A stretch of 30,084 bases of DNA from a virus (Duplodnaviria; Heunggongvirae; Uroviricota; Caudoviricetes): IMG/VR virus record IMGVR_UViG_2908572912_000002; one strand, written 5' to 3'. The notes beneath the pieces were generated by a model. It searched no databases, had not been told where the DNA came from, and saw only the letters and a program-made list of their open reading frames with translations. The position numbers and the translations under genes were made by a program. Of this stretch, positions 1 to 8,522 are shown piece by piece (position 1 is the first letter of the stretch; every line of letters begins with the position of its first letter).

Positions 1-90
1 TCACTCTGCCAGATGGCGCAATGCCATCTGGTATCACTTAAAGGTATTAAAAACAACTTTTTGTCTTTTTACCTTCCCGTTTCGCTCAAG

Positions 91-265
91 TTAGTATAAA
101 AAAGTTGAATGTGAAACGGTAAAAACAATTAATATCAACGGCTTATAATTGATTCAGTCTAAAAAATAGACTGCATAATGCTACAAAACACAACATATCC
201 AGTCACTATGAATCAACCACTTAGATGGTATTAGTGACCTGTAACAGAGCATTAGCGCAAGGTGA
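91..265. other. attR: attR: lambda-type att core (ttagtataaaaaag at 91-104) with chromosomal B' flank (cgtttcgctcaag, 78-90) and phage P arm; left prophage boundary
   Basis: 15-bp core repeated at 28740-28754 (14/15 identical); flank matches E. coli attB B' arm as recalled; P-arm-like AT-rich sequence follows. Confidence 0.8.
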
Positions 266-329
266 TTTTTTTGTCTTCTTGCGCTAATTTTTTGTCAACA
301 CACTGGGTTAGCTGAATTTACAACCACGC

Positions 330-551
330 TCAGTATCTCGATAAGCGCAGAGAAATGATGCAGTGGTGGGCGGATTGGCTTGATGAAAAAGTGGAGTAAT
401 CCGGACCGTACTTCTTTATCCAGGCATAAAGGCTGTGGGTGGTGATATCGAGACGTGTTGCAACGCTGGCAACAGAATAACCGCGATCAATAACCTGTTT
501 GACTGCTTCAGTTTTAAACTCTTCGGGATAACGCTTACCGCTCATGGGCAC
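330..551 (-). pseudogene. IS3-family transposase OrfA, N-terminal HTH fragment (homology ends after ~50 aa)
   Basis: Translation MPMSGKRYPEEFKTEAVKQVIDRGYSVASVATRLDITTHSLYAWIKKYGPD resembles IS3-family OrfA HTH, then non-homologous tail; SD-like aagagagg upstream. Confidence 0.6.
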
Positions 552-611
552 CTCTCTTTAAGCCATCTTAAATGACTCTGAGGTGTCTGTTAAACCCGTG
601 GCGATTCAAAA

Positions 612-1061
612 CTGCGTGTTACGTTCGCCCTGGACTGTTGCGATCGTGAAGCCATAGACTGGGCCGCAAGCACGGGAGGTTACGATAAAGCGACAGTGCA
701 GGATGTCATGTTAGGAGCGATAGAAAAACGCTTTGGCGATAAAGTACCGGAACAGTCCATCCAGTGGCTGACAGATAACGGTTCAGCGTATAGAGCGCAT
801 GAAACACGGCAGTTCGCCAGAGAGTTGAATCTGGAGCCCTGCACAACGGCAATCAGCAGTCCTCAGAGTAATGGAATGGCAGAAAGGTTCGTGAAAACGA
901 TGAAGGAAGACTACATCGCGTTCATGCCGAAACCGAATGTAAGAACGGCATTGCATAATCTTGCAGTGGCGATCGAACATTACAATGAAAACCATCCGCA
1001 CAGTGCGCTGGGTTATCGCTCTCCGCGAGAATATCGACGTCAGCGGGTAACGTTAACTTAA
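612..1061 (+). pseudogene. IS2-like transposase OrfB, C-terminal integrase-core (rve/DDE) fragment lacking its 5' two-thirds
   Basis: Frame open from ~612 with no start: [42 protein letters not shown]...[10 protein letters not shown]...[11 protein letters not shown]...[14 protein letters not shown], resembling the C-terminus of IS2 InsD as recalled. Confidence 0.65.
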
Positions 1062-1102
1062 GATACACCCCCTGTCTGGAAATAAGGGGGCAAGAACAAT
1101 GA

Positions 1103-1855
1103 TCAGATTCCCTGGTGAGTAAGAATTTTACTTTCTGAACTCCTCTGAGAGTATTGACTTGGAGAAACACCAAAATAACGTCTAAATACATAAGTAAAGT
1201 ATGAGACACTGGCATAACCACAGACCTTAGCTACTTTACTAATAGGATAACAACGAGTGCTGAGTAAATATTCAGCCATTTGCATCCTCTCATCAAGTAT
1301 GATCTTACTGAATGATACCCCCTCTTCTTTCAATTTCATCTTTAGTAAACTTTCGCTGAGATATAATCTTGATGATATATCCTTAAGACGCCATGGTGCA
1401 GATAAATCCGTATGAATAATCGTTTTAACTTTAGCCCCTGTGCTTTTCAAACATCCAAACAGAAATACTCCAAATTGTTTTTCAGAAGAAAATGCAGAGA
1501 GACATGTAAAAGCAATAGACTCATCAAAAATTTCTATGTATTCAGCACAGTGATTAGCCCAACTAATTAATCCTTTAATTAAACTGAAGTCAGCAAAGTT
1601 TATTTTTAAATAAGATGGATATTCCCTACAATCAGAAATATCCCTTAAGTTATTAGCTTTCAAATAGCGACTAATAAACTCAGCGCCAAAATCCGCCACT
1701 ATCACTCTTTCAGGATATGTCAGGAAAAAATCTCTAGAGCTAGAGTCGACAAGTACAGATGAACCTCTCTCCAGAAACACACTCTCTTTTCCGAAATAAA
1801 CATCAAAGGACTCCAAAATCAATATAACTGAACATGTAGTTGCCATATCATCCAC
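1103..1855 (-). CDS. AraC-family transcriptional regulator, AppY-like (paralog of 10804-11544)
   Basis: 250-aa ORF; C-terminal AraC HTH (ISSRLYLSESLLKMKLKEEGVSFSKIIL...VAKVCGYASVSYFTYVFRRYFGVSPSQY); low-GC coding sequence. Confidence 0.8.
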   Translation of the reverse strand: MDDMATTCSVILILESFDVYFGKESVFLERGSSVLVDSSSRDFFLTYPERVIVADFGAEFISRYLKANNLRDISDCREYPSYLKINFADFSLIKGLISWANHCAEYIEIFDESIAFTCLSAFSSEKQFGVFLFGCLKSTGAKVKTIIHTDLSAPWRLKDISSRLYLSESLLKMKLKEEGVSFSKIILDERMQMAEYLLSTRCYPISKVAKVCGYASVSYFTYVFRRYFGVSPSQYSQRSSESKILTHQGI

Positions 1856-2067
1856 CCAATTTAACTGAAACCTGGATGAAGTATATGCATATAAAGTTCA
1901 CTTTGCCAAACTTCAGTATAAAAAACCACATAAAAAATAGGGTGTGATAAAAAATACCGTAACAATAAAGCAAAGGATTATAAAATCCGTTACAGTTACA
2001 AATGATACTCAAGAAACAATTCCTTAGGAAAAACTTATTTACAGCCAATAAGGGTAATGACTCGAAC

Positions 2068-2571
2068 TTATTGATAGTGTTTTATGTTCAGATAATGCCC
2101 GATGACTTTGTCATGCAGCTCCACCGATTTTGAGAACGACAGCGACTTCCGTCCCAGCCGTGCCAGGTGCTGCCTCAGATTCAGGTTATGCTGCTCAATT
2201 CGCTGCGTATATCGCTTGCTGATTACGTGCAGCTTTCCCTTCAGGCGGGATTCATACAGCGGCCAGCCATCCGTCATCCATATCACCACGTCAAAGGGTG
2301 ACAGCAGGCTCATAAGATGCCCCAGCGTCGCCATAGTGCGTTCACCGAATACGTGCGCAACAACCGTCTTCCGGAGCCTGTCATACGCGTAAAACAGCCA
2401 GCGCTGGCGCGATTTAGCCCCGACATAGCCCCACTGTTCGTCCATTTCCGCGCAGACGATGACGTCACTGCCCGGCTGTATGCGCGAGGTTACCGACTGC
2501 GGCCTGAGTTTTTTAAGTGACGTAAAATCGTGTTGAGGCCAACGCCCATAATGCGGGCAGTTGCCCGGCAT
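2068..2571 (-). CDS. insB: IS1 InsB (transposase frame, normally expressed as InsAB' by -1 frameshift)
   Basis: 167-aa ORF overlapping insA 3' end in -1 frame; ...[31 protein letters not shown]... Confidence 0.9.
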
Positions 2572-2765
2572 CCAACGCCATTCATGGCCATATCAATGAT
2601 TTTCTGGTGCGTACCGGGTTGAGAAGCGGTGTAAGTGAACTGCAGTTGCCATGTTTTACGGCAGTGAGAGCAGAGATAGCGCTGATGTCCGGCGGTGCTT
2701 TTGCCGTTACGCACCACCCCGTCAGTAGCTGAACAGGAGGGACAGCTGATAGAAACAGAAGCCAC
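2490..2765 (-). CDS. insA: IS1 InsA (transposition inhibitor / N-terminal part of InsAB')
   Basis: 91-aa translation [43 protein letters not shown]... matches IS1 InsA as recalled. Confidence 0.95.
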
Positions 2766-3453
2766 TGGAGCACCTCAAAAACACCATCATACACTAAATC
2801 AGTAAGTTGGCAGCATCACCAGCCTTCTTGAGGCTACCACCTGTTTTCAGGTGTCATTCAGACGTGATTTGCCCCAGATTGGGAAAGCACGCTTTTTTCT
2901 CAGCTATCGTCCTCTTATTTTGCCGTTACATTTCTTTTTGCACTCTAATGATTAATTTACAATAATAATATCGGTAATTATTGAGTAATAATAAATTGAT
3001 TATTGCAAATGTAATTTAATTCCATCTTCGCGTTATATTCCAATCTTTAATCTCCGCATGGAACAAGTTGCATGCGTGACTATATTAAGACAACTTATAA
3101 CCACCAAAACATTTGCTTTGCAAGCAAAAACAGTGACCATTGACTCTAAGAAAATTCCGATCTATTGTTAGGGTCATCAAAGTTACTTAACAGTATTCCG
3201 AAATGAAAATACAAAGCAAGCTAATTGTCTTATTAAACATTATTATTGCATTTATATTATTTGAGCTTTTAGCTCAAAAATTTGGTTTGAGTACATTATT
3301 TTAAAGCAAGATAAACAATATCGGGCACTCTAGTTTTTATAATTAACAATTAAACGTCCATGAAATGTTATTTACTTTTCTTCGCTATTGTCATATCTTA
3401 ATATAGTGGCTTACGCCACTCTACTTTCATCACATTTTGTACGTTTATGTACT

Positions 3454-3486
3454 CGCCATGAAGCTCTTTCATGGCGATTTTTTATT
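3454..3486 (+). terminator. Rho-independent terminator (9-bp stem cgccatgaa/ttcatggcg, 5-nt loop, then attttttatt)
   Basis: Perfect inverted repeat 3454-3476 followed by T-tract; lies in an ORF-poor AT-rich region. Confidence 0.6.
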
Positions 3487-3569
3487 CTTAATCCAAGAAC
3501 ATACTCCCTACCTATAGCAAAATCACTTTTTTAACAAAAGAATAACGTATTTAGGTAATCATTACGAAT

Positions 3570-3749
3570 TTACCCTATAGGTGCTACTGGCCATTCAATA
3601 TCCGGTGCAGTTGTTGTATTAACACGGTTCAGCAACACCCGATACTTCTTCCAGGCTTCCAGCAACGAAGTTTCTTCCTCCGTTGCGATTTCCAGCTCAA
3701 CAACAGTCTGAACGTACCAGGAACAGCCTCCTTCAGGGCTTGAAGGATA
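3570..3749 (-). pseudogene. tfa: tail fiber assembly protein (Tfa) 3' remnant, in frame directly after the stf stop codon
   Basis: Minus-strand translation after the stf TGA: ...[42 protein letters not shown], the conserved C-terminal motif of Tfa proteins (TfaR-like); no start codon. Confidence 0.55.
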
Positions 3750-6700
3750 TCAATGTTCGCTTCCTGTTAACTGCCCGACAAGTGCAACCAGTTCGCTTAC
3801 CTGATTTTCCAGAGTGCTGATCCGGGTGCCTGCTGTTGCCAGATTTTTACGTAGCGTTATGTTTTCCTCTTCCAGCGCGGTAACGCGACCATCTGTTTCA
3901 CGGGCGACCTGAACAAGTAACCCCGTCACGGCGGCGTAGTCAACATTCAGATAACGTGTTTCTTCACGTAATTCATTGCCGTCAACCGTTGGTCCCTGCA
4001 ACTCTTCACCGTAATGAGTAAACGATCCCACAGCTTCTGGTATCGCCTCCATTACTTCCTGTGCAATAACGCCAGCATAAGGCATCCCGTTTTCCCTGAG
4101 CGTGTAGGTGTATCCGTTCATTTTACGGATTGCTTTCGTCGCGTCGCTGATAACGAGAATATCGTCTTTAAGGTCGCGGTCTGATGACTGATTCAGCGTT
4201 GTGCAATTAATAGCGCCATTTACATCAAACAACTGGCCTGCTGACGTTTTTTGCGCATAAAACAGATACGCAGCAGACGTTCCAACCTCAAAAACGTTTT
4301 GTCGATCACTTGATCCCCATACTTTTGCGGCAAATGATAGTTCTGTATTACCTAAGTTCTGTAAAACAAAACGATTTCCAGTCCCTGTTTGTTTTGTAAG
4401 AGTTAAATCAACAGTTGAGTTAACCTCATCCTTGTTGATAGTGAGCGCCTGCGCTTTAGCCCCGTTAACAGCACCTGTTTTGAGTTGAACCGCGCCGTCA
4501 TTACCATTTAACAGTATCTCAGCTCCGCTAAAGAAATTTTTTAGCGACAGCATCTTACTTACGCCGACTGATGAACCCAACGCCCACGCGAGAGAATTAC
4601 CGGTGCTATCAAACCCACGTACAAAGCAATCCATTTTGCTATAGTCTGACGTGCTTCCAAGGACATCAATTCGCCCTCCGCCAGATTTTACCGGGTTAGA
4701 TGTGGTTAATGACCTGACAGCAAGATCGGTAGATGAATTGAGATCGTCTACTGTTAGTAATTTCTTCCATTCCTGCGTCGTTCCATTTTCAATTGTTCTT
4801 CCCCAAAAACCGGAATTGCGGCCTCCGAACTGCACAGCATAATTTTTACTAAATTGAACATGAATGCCGCCAAGAACCATAGAACCTGCCGGGCCGTTTG
4901 TACTGCCTGCAATTGGTATAAATTTATTAATGTTATCAGTATGCTGCGTGTTCCAGTCTCGTCCTGTTTTTGTAAGCAGTCCTAATGTCGTGTCGAGCGC
5001 TTCGGTTAAAGTAAGGTTTTTAAATTTAACTGCGCTACTTTCGCCAAGACTTAAGTTGTTTCGCGCATCTTCTACTGTTGTCGCACCTGTACCTCCTTGC
5101 CCAACAGCTAATGGCAACCAGCCAGTGCCATTATGACAACCCCACAAACCAGATTTGGAAACCTGTAAGCGTGGTGCGCCTGAAGAATACGTAGAATATA
5201 CGTAAGTTGTTTCTTTTCCCTCTTCAACCCTTTCTGTTGATACATCTCTCTTCCATTCAGACCAGGTACCGCTTCCTCCTTCATATATTCGTCTATAAGT
5301 AATTCCCGGATTATTATAAGGGTAGTACACCTGAACGCAGGAAGAAGCAGTGTTGGCTCTCGTTTGGAGCACTATTAAAGCGCCCGCCAGACCGATTGGG
5401 TAATTTAATTCTTCTGTTGCGTAAGCGCTCGTTGGTTGTTGATAGAAACCAGAATATTCACCGGTAAGGGTGTTTAGGTCAGTATTAGCAAGGCCAGCTT
5501 TTTGCTCATACATTACCCGCAAGTTCGCACGTGCTTGCTCGATAGTTCTTCCACCAGTACCGCCCTGGGCTAAACCTAACGGAGACCATTGTCCAGAAGA
5601 AGAATCATAAACCCCCCAACTCCCGTTAGTATGGATTTCAAAGAAACGATCACCAGTTGGACCATACATACGAGTTGTTGATTCATTTTGACCAAAGCGG
5701 CTTAATTCATCTCTGCGGGTATGACGTATCCATTGCGGGCCAGAACTTTGGCTGTAAATGTACGAATACAATGATTTTGTATCTGAACCAACAAATAGAC
5801 CGGAATATCTTTTTGTTGACACTTCTGATCTAACTATATAACCAGAAATAAGATTATCACCGGCACTAGACGCTACTGATGGATAACCTTTCGCTGAGAT
5901 GTAAATCCTGACAAATCCAATATAACCTGATGGCTCAACAGAGATATCAGTGCAGGTCATGGCAACTTCACCAAGACCGATATTATCGCCAACAATTACT
6001 TGCGCCTGGTTGCGATAATTAAGTGCGTCCGCCGCAGATTTCGCCGCGTTTGTTTCACTGGATTTAGCATTAGTTTCGCTGGCTTTAGCGTTGGTTTCGC
6101 TGCTCTTTGCTGCTGCCTCGCTATTTTTCGCGTTGGTTTCTGATTTTTTGGCTGCTGTCGCGGAGTTTGCTGATGCAGTTTGTGAGTCTGCTGCCGCCTG
6201 TGCGCTGTTATCTGCATTCGTCTCAGACGTTTTTGCGGCCTTCGCGGAATTTCCTGCCGCCGTTGCCGAGGAAGCTGCACTACTGGCACTTGATGATGCG
6301 TTCGTTTCTGATGATTTCGCTGCCTCTTTTGAGGCCGACGCATCCCGGGCTGAGGTGGCAGCTTCTGACGCTTTCGTGGTCGCGGTGGATGCAGAAGTGG
6401 CTGCTGATTGTTGTGACGCTGCCGCATTCGTTTCTGACGTTTTCGCCGCACCGGCACTGGTAGCCGCCGCGCTTTTTGAGGACTCTGCAGCGGCAGCACT
6501 TTTTGAGGCTTCAGTGGCCTTTGTTGATGCCGTTCCTGCGCTGGAAGACGCTGACTGAGCCGACGAAGCGGCCTGTCCGGCTGACGTGCTGGCTGCACGT
6601 GCTGAATCTGCAGCATCAGTCGCATGGGTTGCCGCCTCACGGGCTGATGTGCTGGCATCGCTGGCTGATTTCTTCGCGGCTGCCGTGTTCTGTGCCACCG

Positions 6701-7061
6701 CGGACGCGTTACGCGCCACCTCTTCCACCATCAGTTCAAAACGGCGCAGAGCCTCCGGACGGGCATCATCCTCCGTCATGGCACCGAGAAAATCATTCAG
6801 CGTACCGGGTCGGGAATCTTCATACACGGTGATGGTCCCGGCATGTGACGGCGGGAATCCTTCCACCAACAGAATAACGCTGTACTGACCGTACTCAACG
6901 TCCATGCTGTAACGCCCGGCTTCATCCGGATTTTCTGAGGCCAGCGTGTTCACCACCACCGTGGTGCTGTTACGTTTTGCTTTCAGCTGGATTGTGCAGT
7001 TCTGTACCGGTTTTCCTGTGCCGTCTTTCAGTACACCTGAAATCTTTACTGCCATATTCAC
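3750..7061 (-). CDS. stf: side tail fiber protein (Stf), chimeric: lambda-like N-terminal anchor, Ala/Ser/Thr-rich repetitive stalk, divergent distal domain with possible C-terminal intramolecular chaperone-like segment
   Basis: 1103-aa ORF; N-terminus MAVKISGVLKDGTGKPVQNCTIQLKA... as in lambda Stf; long SETNA-type repeats; C-terminal ...NGYTYTLRENG...ALEEENITLRKNL... Confidence 0.85.
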   Translation of the reverse strand: MNMAVKISGVLKDGTGKPVQNCTIQLKAKRNSTTVVVNTLASENPDEAGRYSMDVEYGQYSVILLVEGFPPSHAGTITVYEDSRPGTLNDFLGAMTEDDARPEALRRFELMVEEVARNASAVAQNTAAAKKSASDASTSAREAATHATDAADSARAASTSAGQAASSAQSASSSAGTASTKATEASKSAAAAESSKSAAATSAGAAKTSETNAAASQQSAATSASTATTKASEAATSARDASASKEAAKSSETNASSSASSAASSATAAGNSAKAAKTSETNADNSAQAAADSQTASANSATAAKKSETNAKNSEAAAKSSETNAKASETNAKSSETNAAKSAADALNYRNQAQVIVGDNIGLGEVAMTCTDISVEPSGYIGFVRIYISAKGYPSVASSAGDNLISGYIVRSEVSTKRYSGLFVGSDTKSLYSYIYSQSSGPQWIRHTRRDELSRFGQNESTTRMYGPTGDRFFEIHTNGSWGVYDSSSGQWSPLGLAQGGTGGRTIEQARANLRVMYEQKAGLANTDLNTLTGEYSGFYQQPTSAYATEELNYPIGLAGALIVLQTRANTASSCVQVYYPYNNPGITYRRIYEGGSGTWSEWKRDVSTERVEEGKETTYVYSTYSSGAPRLQVSKSGLWGCHNGTGWLPLAVGQGGTGATTVEDARNNLSLGESSAVKFKNLTLTEALDTTLGLLTKTGRDWNTQHTDNINKFIPIAGSTNGPAGSMVLGGIHVQFSKNYAVQFGGRNSGFWGRTIENGTTQEWKKLLTVDDLNSSTDLAVRSLTTSNPVKSGGGRIDVLGSTSDYSKMDCFVRGFDSTGNSLAWALGSSVGVSKMLSLKNFFSGAEILLNGNDGAVQLKTGAVNGAKAQALTINKDEVNSTVDLTLTKQTGTGNRFVLQNLGNTELSFAAKVWGSSDRQNVFEVGTSAAYLFYAQKTSAGQLFDVNGAINCTTLNQSSDRDLKDDILVISDATKAIRKMNGYTYTLRENGMPYAGVIAQEVMEAIPEAVGSFTHYGEELQGPTVDGNELREETRYLNVDYAAVTGLLVQVARETDGRVTALEEENITLRKNLATAGTRISTLENQVSELVALVGQLTGSEH
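6000..6700. repeat. Degenerate tandem repeats encoding the Ala/Ser/Thr-rich (KSSETNA-like) stalk of Stf
   Basis: Reiterated gcgttggtttc/gctg motifs; many spurious overlapping ORFs in all frames in the six-frame track. Confidence 0.7.
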
Positions 7062-7119
7062 CCCACAAAAAAGCCCGCCTGAACCGGCGGGCTGTCATAA
7101 CACTGTGTTACCTGGCTAA

Positions 7120-7659
7120 TCAGAATTTATAACCGACACCCACGATGAAACTGTTGGTACGCCAGTCACCGCTGCCGGAGCCTTCATAAGCGACGTCAAC
7201 GGCCACGGATTCGGTCGGGTTAAACTGCACGCCAGCTCCCCACGCCAGAGACGTGTTGCTGTGGCGACCGTCATCACTTCCGGTCAGCACATCGTGCGTT
7301 TTCCCCTTGTTGTCAGTTACGCGGATATAATCCCCGGAGAAAGTCGAAACACGGCTGTAAGCCATACCCGCCATCGCATACGCGCTGAACCATTCATTCA
7401 CGCGCACAGACGGCCCCGCCATCACGCTGAACCAGCGATTACGCACGGAATCCTCATGCCAGCGGGTATCGCTGTAATGCGTTTTTTGCTCATCTTCAGC
7501 GTTGGCATAACTGAATGACGTAATCAGCCCCAGCGTGTCCGTAAACTCATAACGGTATTTCACGTTAATCCCGTTCAGATTATCGCTGCCGGAAGCGTTC
7601 GTACGGGCATGAAGATACCCTGCGCTCAGCGTGGCCTGCTGCTCAGACGCCGCAGTTCT
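7120..7659 (-). pseudogene. lom: lom-like outer membrane protein (Ail/Lom/PagC family), 5'-truncated (no start codon or intact signal peptide)
   Basis: Frame open upstream of the listed GTG (7563) to 7659: ...ASEQQATLSAGYLHARTNASGSDNLNGINVKYRYEFTDTLG...WRTNSFIVGVGYKF; C-terminal beta-barrel motifs as in lambda Lom. Confidence 0.75.
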
Positions 7660-7859
7660 TCAACCTCCCGGCGCAGCTTTTCGTTCTCAATTTCAGCATC
7701 CCTTTCGGCATACCATTTTATGACGGCGGCAGAGTCATAAAGCACCTCATTACCCTTGCCACCGCCTCGCAGAACGGGCATTCCCTGTTCCTGCCAGTTC
7801 TGAATGGTACGGATACTCGCACCGAAAATGTCAGCCAGCTGCTTTTTGTTGACTTCCAT
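7626..7859 (-). pseudogene. nu1: terminase small subunit Nu1, truncated after ~70 aa (DNA-binding domain only)
   Basis: MEVNKKQLADIFGASIRTIQNWQEQGMPVLRGGGKGNEVLYDSAAVIKWYAERDAEIENEKLRREVEELR matches lambda Nu1 N-terminus, then RLSSRPR* from out-of-frame lom sequence. Confidence 0.9.
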
Positions 7860-7860
7860 T

Positions 7861-8075
7861 GCTCATTCCACGGACAAAAACAGAGAAAGGAAACGACAGA
7901 GGCCAAAAAGCTCGTTTTCAGCACCTGTCGTTTCCTTTCTTTTCAGGGGGTATTTTAAATAAAAACATTAAGTTACGACGAAGAAGAACGGAAATGCCTT
8001 AAACCGGAAAATTTTCATAAATAGCGAAAACCCGCGAGGTCGCCGCCCCGTAACCTGTCGGATCGCCGGAAAGGA
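7861..8075 (-). other. cos: cos site (cosB with Nu1-binding region, cosN cohesive-end sequence aggtcgccgccc at 8037-8048, cosQ side)
   Basis: Reverse complement of the lambda left end GGGCGGCGACCTCGCGGGTTTTCGCTATTTATGAAAATTTTCCGG... present, contiguous with lambda right-end-like ...cgacaggttacg. Confidence 0.85.
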
Positions 8076-8247
8076 CCCGCAAAATGATAATAATTATCAT
8101 CTGCATGTCACAACGTGCATCTACGCCATCAAACCACGTCAAATAATCAATTATGACGCAGGTATCATATTAATTGATCTGCATCAACTTAACGTAAAAA
8201 CAACTTCAGACAATACAAATCAGCGACACTAAATACGGGACAACCTC

Positions 8248-8481
8248 ATGTCAACGAAGAACAGAACCCGCAGAACAACAATCCGCAACATCCGCTTTCC
8301 TAACCAAATGATTGAACAAATTAACATCGCTCTTGATCAAAAAGGGTCCGGGAATTTCTCAGCCTGGGTCATTGAAGCCTGCCGCCGGAGACTGTGCTCA
8401 GAAAAAAGAGTTTCTCCTGAAGCAAACAAAGAAAAGAGTGACATTACTGAATTGCTCAGAAAACAGATCAGACCAGATTGA
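8248..8481 (+). CDS. small hypothetical protein, basic N-terminus, possible DNA-binding (lambda right-end ORF-like)
   Basis: 77-aa ORF MSTKNRTRRTTIRNIRFPNQMIEQINIALDQKGSGNFSAWVIEACRRR...; position between cos and Rz on the strand opposite the late genes. Confidence 0.5.
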   Translation: MSTKNRTRRTTIRNIRFPNQMIEQINIALDQKGSGNFSAWVIEACRRRLCSEKRVSPEANKEKSDITELLRKQIRPD

Positions 8482-8522
8482 AGCAATTTAGATAATCGTG
8501 CAGACTACGCCCCTCATATCAC

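Larger units (their letters stand above)
330..1100. mobile_element. Scrambled IS3-family (IS2-like) remnant: OrfA 5' fragment on minus strand abutting OrfB 3' fragment on plus strand (head-to-head)
   Basis: Two transposase fragments in opposite orientation diverging from ~600-615; no complete transposase ORF. Confidence 0.6.
2053..2820 (-). mobile_element. IS1: IS1 insertion sequence (768 bp) with terminal inverted repeats
   Basis: Ends ggtaatgactc... (2053) and ...cagtaagttggcagcatcacc (2820); encodes InsA and InsB; flanking 9-mers differ (gccaataag vs agccttctt). Confidence 0.9.

Noticed and set aside
783-1221. Minus-strand ORFs 783-1001 and 922-1221 overlapping the IS OrfB fragment
   Set aside because: Antisense to a recognisable transposase frame; no homology or ribosome-binding site
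1848-2048. 66-aa ORF upstream of the AraC gene
   Set aside because: AT-rich, low-complexity translation overlapping the AraC start/promoter region; likely spurious
2102-2794. ORFs 2102-2392(+), 2317-2520(+), 2582-2794(-) within IS1
   Set aside because: Overlap or lie antisense to insA/insB; IS1 is known to encode only InsA/InsB (InsAB')
4651-6888. Six-frame ORFs inside the stf repeat region (4651-4842, 4864-5136, 5996-6658, 6091-6558, 6107-6463, 6476-6832, 6586-6888)
   Set aside because: All overlap the 1103-aa stf frame and arise from low-complexity Ala/Ser/Thr-rich repeats; translations are low-complexity (poly-Ala, Arg/Gln/Pro-rich) with no start context
7261-7924. ORFs 7261-7518(+) and 7718-7924(-) around lom'/Nu1'
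   Set aside because: Antisense or out-of-frame overlaps of recognisable lom and Nu1 coding sequence
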